A stretch of DNA of 63,039 nucleotides, the filler included, from Conidiobolus incongruus B7586 (lineage: Eukaryota): NCBI GenBank assembly GCA_000697335.1. It is 21 parts of 21 records of this genome, joined end to end, with 100 filler letters (N's around TTAATTAATTAA, not from the genome) between each part and the next. Parts side by side here need not be neighbours in the genome. Positions count along the whole stretch, not along the records: positions 1 to 14,344 come from JNEM01006902.1; positions 14,445 to 25,914 come from JNEM01006903.1; 19 more parts are not named here. One strand, written 5' to 3'. The notes below the pieces were generated by a model, which was not told the origin of the DNA, made no database searches, and saw nothing but the letters and a program-made list of their open reading frames with translations. Positions 12,259 to 22,332 of the stretch are shown here, one piece after another (position 1 is the stretch's first letter; every line of letters starts with the position of its first letter). Both the position numbers and the translations under genes were made by a program.

Positions 12259-13231
12259 ATGTTGAAACTCAAGTGGCCCAGAATTCATCTTTTCGAGTTA
12301 CATGATTTGGATTGGTATCCAGATATGTTGAAACATCAAATAACCTTCATGTTACTTATATTTTGGACTATGGAATTGCCCAAATCCGTTACTGATAAAT
12401 ATCCTGAAATTAAACGCTGGATTCGACCTGCTTATCGAGTTGCCTCTGAGCCAATCAGTAGAGCCATCTCCAACTTGGCCGAAATGTACCCTGACGAAGA
12501 GATAGCAGTAATGGATATGTGCTCTGGAGGATCTGGACCTAATCCCATTATCTCCAGACATGTGAATGCTTTACTCAAAGACAAATTAAATAAGCCTATT
12601 AAATTCTATCTCTCAGATCTGTACCCAAATATTGAAACCTGGAAGAAAGTGTGCTCCGAAAATCCTTACCTGAGTTATATTGAAGAGCCCATTGATATCA
12701 CCAAGCCTTTTGAGTTTCCCCAAGCTGATAGAGTTTTCCAAACATTTTACGCATGTTACCACCACTTTACTGATGAATCTGTCAGAAAGATACTAAGTAA
12801 CTCATTCGCGAACTCGGATGGATTTGCGTAAGTGATCAAAAATCATTTTAGTTTTTAATTTTTTGACCAACTTTGACTATAGAATTGTAGAAGTTATCGA
12901 GAGAAGGATCATGGGATTAGTTAATGTGCTATTTATTATGGGTCTCCTGTTTCCACTCTTTATCATTCCTTTTTATATCCGTCATAACCCCATGATGATT
13001 ATTACTTTATACATCTTCCCTGTTCTATTATTTACATGGATCTGGGATGGCACAATCTCTTGTCTTCGTATCAGGACCAATGAGGAATTGATGGAGTTTA
13101 TCAAAGAAATTGATACACCTGGATGGAGATTCGAAACCGGTACTGAATACATCAATTATCCTTGGTCTAGATTGAACTATGTTATCGCTATTAGAACTCC
13201 AAACCCAAGTCAAAGCACTAAATCTAAATGA
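12259..13231 (+). CDS. SAM-methyltransferase-like protein, copy 4. Exons 12259-12827 and 12883-13231, 305 aa
   Basis: 55-nt intron GTAAGT...ATAG (12828-12882) at the conserved position, spliced frame DGFA-IVEVIER. TATAAATA at 12181 and AATAAA at about 13262. Confidence 0.9.
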
Positions 13232-13989
13232 TTTTTTTCAACTATAAGCCTATATAATCTAAATAAAGTTGTATTGAATAAGATTACTCTACATGTTAAA
13301 GATTTTCATTCATTATCACTCAAAATTTTTTGATTATTAAATAATGTTTCATAATTATTGTATTTCAAAATTAACTGTCCATATTGGTTTGTTAATTAAC
13401 CAATATTATTACTAATTTAAGCTGGCTCTATAAACTTATAATTAAAGAATACTCTTTGTTAGTATATCATTCACTGAATCAACTATTTAAATGAGCTTTA
13501 TGGCATACATAATGAATAAATAATTTATTATATGATATTACTATTAATTATCTAATTATGATTATTCTTTACAAAACTTATTGATTCTCTTAATTACTTT
13601 CACATCCAAATAAGGAAATGGTTAACTAAAATAACCAATTACAGAGTTAATATGACCATTGCTCATAAATATTTTGATACTAAGCCAACTAATTATATAT
13701 AATATTATGATATAAGATGTTTAAATTTCAAAGTATATTAAATTACATTTTAACTTTTAAAATATAATTATTAGTCTTTAAAGTATAGGAGATTTTATTT
13801 ATTTATATAAATATTTTTAAATAATTAAAAATTATTTTATTAACTTAACTACTCTGATAATTCAAGGTAATTAAATAATTAAATAATGAGATTCTTAACA
13901 AATTGCTAATACTCACCAATATCCCTTTAATAAAGTTTTATATAAAGGGTTAGTTAATATTATATCTAATTAGAATTTAATAATAAATT

Positions 13990-14242
13990 TATAATATATA
14001 TATATAGTGATAAAATACTGATATAATATAAAAAAAATTAATATTAAAATAATATGACATAGAATATAATAAGGTAATATAGAATATAGTATGTAAATAT
14101 AAACAAAGTTTAATTAATCTTTAAATTAAGATAAGTCACTAATATATTAAGATTTATATTAAATAATATTAATATACTATAATATTAGTAAACTATATTT
14201 TTAGTTTTAAAAATAATATAAAAGATAAGAAATAATAAAAAT
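13990..14242 (-). mobile_element. 3' half of a chromovirus LTR (same family as 43213-43615)
   Basis: The reverse complement matches the LTR at about 43360-43615 and 45965-46221 (e.g. TATAAATCTTAATATATTAGTGACT). Confidence 0.7.
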
Positions 14243-14344
14243 TGTTAAGAAACTAGTTCTTTAAATTCTTATATACACTTTCATATAATCCAATTAACTA
14301 TAAATTATATGATTAATTTATACTTATATAATTAAATTAATTGT
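14243..14344 (+). mobile_element. 5' start of a second chromovirus LTR, running into a gap
   Basis: TGTTAAGAAACTAGTTCTTTAAATTCTTATATACAC... matches 43213 onward (TATTAAGAGATTAATTCTTTAAATTCTTATATA) and keeps the terminal TG. Confidence 0.75.
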
Positions 14345-14444
14345 NNNNNNNNNNNNNNNNNNNNNNNNNNNNNNNNNNNNNNNNNNNNTTAATTAATTAA
14401 NNNNNNNNNNNNNNNNNNNNNNNNNNNNNNNNNNNNNNNNNNNN
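14345..14444. other. Artificial gap spacer (44 N + TTAATTAATTAA + 44 N). First of 20; the others start at 25915, 27325, 28892, 30600, 32366, 33767, 38767, 40096, 43793, 45842, 47627, 49483, 51158, 52573, 54162, 55322, 57075, 58335, 61122
   Basis: Identical 100-nt structure each time. TTAATTAATTAA is palindromic and puts stops in all six frames. Confidence 0.98.
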
Positions 14445-14474
14445 TAAAAATTTTTTTATATTTTAAATAATATA

Positions 14475-16059
14475 CACTAGCCCACAAAAATAAGTCATAA
14501 AATTATAATTATATATATTATTATCAATAACTCAATTTATTCTTAATCAAATTAATTTAAATTAAAACATATAATAAACTTATATTATTCATTTATAATT
14601 AAGTATATTTAATCTAATTATATTAACTTTAAGTTAATATATTAAAATTCAAATTTTATTTAAGATAAGTTATAAATTTATGAGTTTTGGTTATAGAAAG
14701 AAAATTAAAACTTAGTAAATCTATCTTTTGTTTTCTTAACTTCTTTAAGTTTATAAGGTATAGAGTCAACTAACTTCTTATATTAAAAAAGATTAATTTT
14801 GTTCTAAGCTTCTTAAATATATTCTTAAAGCTAATTTAAATTTTTTGCTAATAAGAAAGCTTTAACTATTTTTTTAACTGATACTAAAGGTGTCTAATTA
14901 GATTAAAGTTAGGGGATTGAAAAAGCCACTTTATAACTATTATTTTATTATTTTTAAACTATTTGGTAGTAGAAATAGCAATATAACAAAAGTTATTATC
15001 TTATTAGAAAACAATATTTGATTTATTTAACCTATATCATTCAATAGTTTTTTTTAATCTATTATTTAGAATATTTTAATATATTTTAACATTAATTCCC
15101 CCATTAACTTTACAAAGATACCTTACACTAGAAGATAATATATAATCTTAAACTATAATTAACTTATCATTATATTTTTAGGTTAAAATAACATAATGGT
15201 TATAAAATAATTTTTTGTTATTTCTAAAATATTTAGCTTTTCTATTAGATCTACTAAAGTATATTTTTGTTTCACTAAACTAAATAACCTTACTTTAATT
15301 AGTTTTAGTTTAAATTTAATGATGATATTTAAACTCTTGTTTAATTTTATAGTGGGACTTTTTTAGTTAAAGGTATTTTTTTTGAAGTGTAAGCAAAGTT
15401 TATTATAATATAAAATATATATAATAGTATTAGTACTAACTAATATTCCTATATAGTTTTATAATTCTTTCTATACTTTTATAATAATATTATATTTACT
15501 TATATTAATTAACCTATAAATATACTTTTTATCATATTTATCTATAATCTTAATACACTTAAGTTTAAGTTTAGATATATCCTTATTATAATTTTTAATA
15601 GCTTTAGCTATAATAAACTAACTAACACTAGTAATTCCAGCAATCTTATAAGTTGATTTATCTTTACCATAAAGTTAATTAATATATAAGTGAATTTTTT
15701 TAAAAAGGTATTTAGGTATTTTAATACTAATATTATTTAAAATAATAATTTACAATAATAATATTAGTATATATATATATATATATATATAATTTAATAA
15801 AAAAAAGATTTAAGTAATTTTTGTTTTATATACCTTTTTAACTTTTAAACTTGTAAATTTATAACTCACCCTATTTAAAATTTAAGATTTGATATATTAA
15901 CCAATAATATATTAAATATAATTAAATAAAACCTATTATAATCAAGTGATATATTTTAATTATATATTTTAATTTAAATTAATATAGTTAAGAATTATTT
16001 AAGTTAAAGGTAAATATATAAGTGATTTTTATTTTATAACTTATTTTTGCAGGCTAGTG
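14475..16059 (-). mobile_element. Full-length dead Tc1 element, subfamily 3 (1585 bp). Transposase relic about 15719-14705
   Basis: TA-CACTAGCCCACAAAAATAAGTCATAAAAT ... ATTTTATAACTTATTTTTGCAGGCTAGTG-TA (TIRs with TA duplication). Degenerate WSDE, QDNA and WPxQSPDLNPIE motifs on the minus strand. Confidence 0.92.
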
Positions 16060-16214
16060 TATTTAATATCAATTTAATTATAAAATAGGGTATTTTTTTT
16101 ATATATCATATGAATTAAATATTGGTCTATTAGATGATTATATAATCTGATATAATATTTTATTTGAGGAATTATTTAAGTTTAAGATAAATAATATATT
16201 TTTTAATATAAATA

Positions 16215-16843
16215 TATTACCTTAAATTTAAAACAGTGAGAAATTTTTTAATTTCTGATTTTTCAAGTATATTATTAATTCTAAATAAATAGATATATAT
16301 AAAATAAATAGGAGATTATATATTATTAAATTTTATATATATATTATATTTTTTTGATTAAAAAAATTAACTTTTTAAAATTAATTATTTAATTTAATTA
16401 TATTTAAACCAAATAATAATTATCAAAAGATTTTTATTTTGATATTACTAAAACTTAATTATAAACCCTCTAAAATTATTTAAAATTTACAAGCAGCTTT
16501 TGGTAATAAAATATTATCTAAATTAATTAATTATTTTTAGATAAATTATTTTAAAGGTAAAAAAAACTATCTAAAACCTATTAAAATTTAAATAACTAAC
16601 TTTAACTATTAAACTTTTAATTATTAAAGAAAATTTAATTAGTTTGTAAAATATCAAATTTTAGTTTTTAATAAAAAGAACTATTTTTTAAATATTAGAA
16701 ATTTGTTAAAAGTATAGTAAAAAGTAATTAAAAATAAAAGAAATTATTAAATATATATTATATATTTATTTTTATCTATCATATATCAAAATATTTATTT
16801 ATTTTTAATCACAAAAAATTTCCATTATTTAAAATACAGAGTA
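16215..16843 (+). mobile_element. Internally deleted mariner relic
   Basis: 16380-16600 matches the 5' HTH part, and 16623-16760 the 3' part, of the element at 34070-35385 (reverse complement). The ends are weakly inverted and boundaries approximate. Confidence 0.55.
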
Positions 16844-18313
16844 ATATTTTATAAAAAAATTATAATTTTAATATAGTTGCATTAATCAAACTATATGGAT
16901 TAAATCAAATATTAATGATATGTAAAGTTTATAAAATTATTATATTCAATCAAAATATAACTACTATTTGAATTATTCATTTAAATATTTTTTGAGAATA
17001 ACCATAATAATTGAAATATATTTGATTCAAATTCTTTTCCAAACTTGAATAAATTTAGTAGACAATTTATTTAAATTTAATAAATTTTAAAAATTGAAAT
17101 GTTTTATATAATAAATTATATAAGTATCTAGTAGAGAAAATAATATTACTGAAAATAATTGAATACGATATAATTTAATAAGAACAAGAATCTATTATCA
17201 AATATATAATTTGATGTTGATTAAATTAGAGCCTATTAGACTTGATTAAAAATAAAATATGATAAAATGTGTGTTAGATAAAAATGGCTACCAATAGCTA
17301 ACAATTTGATTATTTATATATTAACCCATTAAAATTTCACTTATTCAAGTTTTTTATCGTTATTATTGAGCACTTTAGGTTGATAAAGTCATTACTATTT
17401 TCATTCACATATATTATACAATCGAAATTGAATTATATTTATTTAGTATTAAATATTTCAAACTGTTTCGATTATGAAGTAAATTTTAACTCTCACATGA
17501 ATAATTATTAAGTACTAAATTTCTACAATTGTTATTAAATATTAAATATAGTAAAAGAATATAAAGATTGAACTCAGTATCAAAAAGTTAAAATCAACTA
17601 TAAATCCCAAATATAACAATACCCTACAAAATTTGGAACACAAATCCAATTAACCAATAATCTTATTCAAAGGATTTTTTTGGTCAAATATTTTAAGTAA
17701 TATTAAATTTAGAATTTTCTTAATTCTTTTTTACAAAGTAAAAAAAAGATATTAAATAAGCACTCGAATAAATATGCGTTATTTTAATCATTTTAAAATA
17801 TTTTCAAAAATTTTTTTTAAATAAAAAATTGGTGTAATGATAAATTTTTAGACAATACAATTTAATGTTCTTTTCACAATAATAATTAATATTGACTTTT
17901 ACAATTAATAAATTAAGTAATTTGACTAACATCTATTTTCAACTAATATATGAGTAATTAATAAATCAAATACTCAAAGTCATTTTATATCTTAAAGAAA
18001 ATAATTAAAATAAAAAGATTTAAAATATTATTAAAATTTGTTCTTATTATACTACTTTTATAATATTCAAAGATAACTATTCAAATTTTTATAGCGTGTA
18101 TTTCCATTCATGTTTATTATAAATAAAACCTCAAATTGAAGTACTACTACTTCTAAAACAAGTAAATCATATTAAGAATTGTTTCTAGTAATGAAATAAA
18201 AATAATAAAAATAATAAAAACTGAATAATATATACATCATAAATTATTTAGGTTATTGAATTTTATTCACCTATATATTCAATTTATTCAAGAACAATTT
18301 ATTAATTGAGTGA

Positions 18314-19228
18314 TTAGATCTGGTGTGCAAGAGTATGTTCCTTCCGTTTAAACAAAGATTTGCATGCTGCTAGAATATTTTGCTTCTTTGAGCAACAAGA
18401 CTTTTTCTTGTATTGTAAAAATGAGGGGAAAGATTGCCATCTGAGAGCCAAATAAATGTGATCAACTATTTTTTCAAAGATGGCTGGATCTGTGGATTCT
18501 GCTAGTCGATCCCTAAGCTCCTCCCTCAAGGATTGAGGTAAATTAAGTTGTTTATCCGATTTATGCATGAAGAAATGATGAATGGCCCAGTTAACTTCTT
18601 TTCGGAATGGAGCATCTGGAGGTATTGTAAACGTTATACTGTCACACTTATATCTCATCTTCTGAAGCTTTTCAGCTACATTAGCCAGTGAACAATCTTC
18701 GCCTTCGCCTTTCATTGGAGCATCCCAAGGGACAGCATCGTTAATCTCCCAAGGAGTTACATCATTCACTAGAGTAGGATCATCATCAATCTGCATGGAG
18801 GGTCGAGAACTAGAAGAGGGATCTAAGTCATCCAGAGTGGGCAGTGATTTTCCATAAAATAGCTCCAATTCATCTAATACAGCTGGTTTAGCATCTTCCT
18901 TTGGCTTATCATCAGCATCATTTGGAGCATCATTAGATAAAGTTGTCACTTGTGGAGTTCCAGAATCTTCAGCAATGGAGTTTGTTATCGATGCTGTGTC
19001 CCACTGGCTGGCTATTTGACCCCACCCCGATTTATAATTAATAAGTTTAGAAACCACAAAATCATGCACCAGCTTATAATCTTGATACCATAAATAAAAT
19101 TCCAAATTCTCGCCGTTTTTCTCCACTTTATCCAAATAACATTTAAACTCATCCAGAGGGAATCTGTCCTTCATACATTGCTTAAGAAATGAATCCAACT
19201 GTTGTACGTTGCTACTCATTCTATTCAT
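18314..19228 (-). CDS. RGS (regulator of G-protein signalling) domain protein with split domain, fungal Rax1-like RGS type, 304 aa, intronless
   Basis: N-half LDEFKCYLDKVEKNGENLEFYLWYQDY and C-half PFRKEV......FF...SDKQLNLPQSLR...STDPAIFEKIVDHIYLALRWQSFPSF are RGS signatures, separated by an acidic low-complexity insert. Confidence 0.88.
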   Translation of the reverse strand: MNRMSSNVQQLDSFLKQCMKDRFPLDEFKCYLDKVEKNGENLEFYLWYQDYKLVHDFVVSKLINYKSGWGQIASQWDTASITNSIAEDSGTPQVTTLSNDAPNDADDKPKEDAKPAVLDELELFYGKSLPTLDDLDPSSSSRPSMQIDDDPTLVNDVTPWEINDAVPWDAPMKGEGEDCSLANVAEKLQKMRYKCDSITFTIPPDAPFRKEVNWAIHHFFMHKSDKQLNLPQSLREELRDRLAESTDPAIFEKIVDHIYLALRWQSFPSFLQYKKKSCCSKKQNILAACKSLFKRKEHTLAHQI

Positions 19229-20170
19229 GATATATTGGAAATAAATTCAAAAGTAAATAAATAAATTTAAAATAAAAAACATAAAAAACTGGCTAATGAA
19301 ACTGAGAGTAGAGTGATTTATATATGAATTTTAAAATGAAATCCCAAGTATCAAATTGAACTTTGATCCACCAATAAGCAAGATAAGAATGTTTAGAATG
19401 TAAATTCAAGGTTGTTGTATTCAAAAAAATGAAGAATATTCAGGTTGATTTGCTAGTTTATATAGGAGTGACTTCCAAAAAGAGAAGATTTTAATTACAT
19501 TTAATTAATTTCATTGATTGATTTGCGATTTTATTTGGATTATCAACCCATACCATTTATTATTAAATAATTATTGATGTAGGTCTTTACTAAATTAGTA
19601 CTACTGATTTTGATTATTATGAATCAAAAGGCAGTTCGGAACCACTCCGATTATAGTAATATTAATGATTTAAATTTTTATTTTGAAATTTTATTTGAGA
19701 ATAATTTTAAATAAATAATAAATTAATTATCTATAAATATTTAATAATTAATATATTTATTAAATTAAATTTAAAATTTTTAATATAATTTCAGAATATT
19801 TTAAATTATAATTTAATTTTTACATCATTATAAATGATAATAATAATTATTATAAAATAAATTTTTTTGAGTTATTCTAATAAAAGTAAATTTTCATTAA
19901 ATTTTTATTTTTATTAAATCAATTCGAATAATCTGGATTATTATACAAAAAATTATTTTTATTTTATTATATAAGTAATTATTAGTTAGTAATAAAATCA
20001 ATTATATTTTATTATTAGAAATATTGGATAATTAAAATTAATAAATCTGATTTATTAAATATTAATACCTATTAATTATAATTTTTAATTATTTAGAAAA
20101 AACTTTTTTTATGATTATTAGATATTAGAAAGTTTTAAAAAAATTAACTTGTAATAAAATTTTTAATAAT

Positions 20171-20628
20171 TCTTGCCTCGAGTAGCAACAGCAGTCCTAT
20201 CTCCACTGCCCATTTGACCAATGGAGTCTCCAAATAGGCGAGCACCCTTCCCACCATATAAGGAGCAGCAGCTACAAGCTGAGTAGCCAAACGAACTCTG
20301 ACCGCTTCATCGTATGGGGTTACTCTAGGATCTACTAGAGCTAAGTCGGACATTGTATCCAGATCAACTTAACTAAAATAAATACGTTTCAAATTAAATG
20401 AATCGAACAACAATTGGTTGCCTAATTTGATATTAACCAATTTGTTATATTTTATTAATGAACTTATATAAGTTTTTATAGTACTTAGCGGATTCGTTCT
20501 TGAAGGGGTTAGATGAACTCGTGCTAGTGGCTGTTGGGAACCAAGCAGGGATACTCACTCAATAGTATAGCCACTTATTCGAGGGACGAGAGAAAACTTA
20601 ATGTCGGTCAGTCACTCGTTTGGTGACA
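20171..20628 (-). mobile_element. Truncated LTR-retroelement 5' end: 186-bp LTR (20443-20628), PBS-like TGG, leader and start of an ORF (ATG at 20353)
   Basis: The minus strand reads TGTCACC...TATAAAA...AATAAAAATATAACA-AAT-TGGTT. The GC-rich ORF breaks abruptly into AT-rich DNA near 20170. No TSD around the LTR itself. Confidence 0.55.
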
Positions 20629-22283
20629 ATAATAATATTTTCAATTGCTATCAAAATTTATATCCAAATATAAGCCTCCCATCAATATCCATTAAAACTT
20701 ATTATTATTAAATGTAATTTATTTCAATATTGATTATTTTCATTTAAATTTTTGAATATTAGGTAATCCTATTAGCCAATTATATTTATGTAAATTTGAT
20801 TATTATTGATTATAGATAGAATAAAGTGAATAGGTACCAGTTTAGAAGTGATACTTATCCCTCAATTGATAATCTCATCTTAATTAGGTAAATTTAAGCC
20901 TCTTGATGTCACTTAGAGTAAATATAATTTCAATCAATGGTTTTGAATGAAGATCAATGCAAATAATATAACCAATAAATTCTCCATATAAATTACAGTT
21001 AAATAATAATGAAAATAATTATAATAGATTACTAAAAGGGTTATTATGATCGTTGTAAAACTCTGTCGTTTACAGTTCCGAAGGTTTCATGATGGTTTAA
21101 ATTGGTAGTGGGATTAGCGTCGTTGGAGGTCATATTTTTGAAGACAAAGTGAAATGTCAAGATTTGATTATAATAGTATTATAAAGACACATAAAACTCC
21201 GAGAGTTTTCTTTATTGTCACAAAATAAATAGTCTTTATTTATAGAATAGAAAATACAACTGATATTTTAGGTTGCGCATATCCAAGCATCATCTATTAA
21301 CAAGAACATGCCTAATTTTATAACTCATATATACAACAATGATATTATTTTGATCATTTTTTTGGTTAGAAAAAATGGTGAACCTTTAATATAAAACTGT
21401 AGCTTATTTTTATAATATTTTAATTATAAATTAAAGTTTGCCTTAAACCATAATTAAACATAGTTAGTGAAGAATCAACATTTTCAAAAAAAAGATTCAT
21501 CCATTAAAAAATTCTATTAATGAAAAAAGGTTATGAAATTGGCAAATTTAGGTTATAACTTGAATAAAATTTCATAATAAAACCTTTTTCAATTTAAAAA
21601 TCAACTGAATATTATTCATAGACTATAATTTAGTCATTATTAATTCTTAATATAAAGTCCTTGAGTATTTTTTACCATTTATCATCTAATCATAGAAATA
21701 ATTGCAATATTTTTATTATTATTAAATCAAAATATTGTTAAAATATTTCAACCTAAGATTATCTATAAAGATTAGTAAAGGTCAAAATGCTGAGAGATTT
21801 ATATGTAATAATCAAAAGGAAATGATATTTTCATATATATATATATATATAATTTTTAATTTTTAACATATTTCAAGTAATAACTTTTTTAATAGATCTA
21901 TCAATAATCAATAAGATTTCATCTAAAGGCTATATACTTAATAATTGAATATTATAAAAAATAACTAAACAATCTATCTCAATAATTATAAAAGGGATTA
22001 AATTTTCAAGTAAATGTTATCAAAAGAATTAAGTTTGAACATTTAGTTTTAATTAATTAATTAATTAATTAGTTAAGGGAGTTCATGATAATTCGCAGAT
22101 ATATTTACAAATAGTTAAGTAATGATTTTACCAATTTTAATATATCAAACGGTATATCAATGTTATCATATAATCAATAGTAATTTATAAATTTTAACTT
22201 GTCTAATATATAAAAATTTCTTATTTCTCATAAAATAAATTAAATATTCGATAAACTATAATATTTATTCAAATAATATAATG

Positions 22284-22292
<9 letters not shown>

Positions 22293-22329
<37 letters not shown>
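22293..22329. repeat. (AT)n microsatellite; similar shorter runs at about 15769-15790, 21833-21850 and 24552-24567
   Basis: Direct reading of the sequence. Confidence 0.9.

Positions 22330-22332
<3 letters not shown>

Noticed and set aside
1544..13213. Minus-strand ORFs 1544-1759, 1779-1973, 6150-6473, 12352-12561, 13028-13213
   Set aside because: Antisense shadows of the methyltransferase exons, not conserved as ORFs among paralogs.
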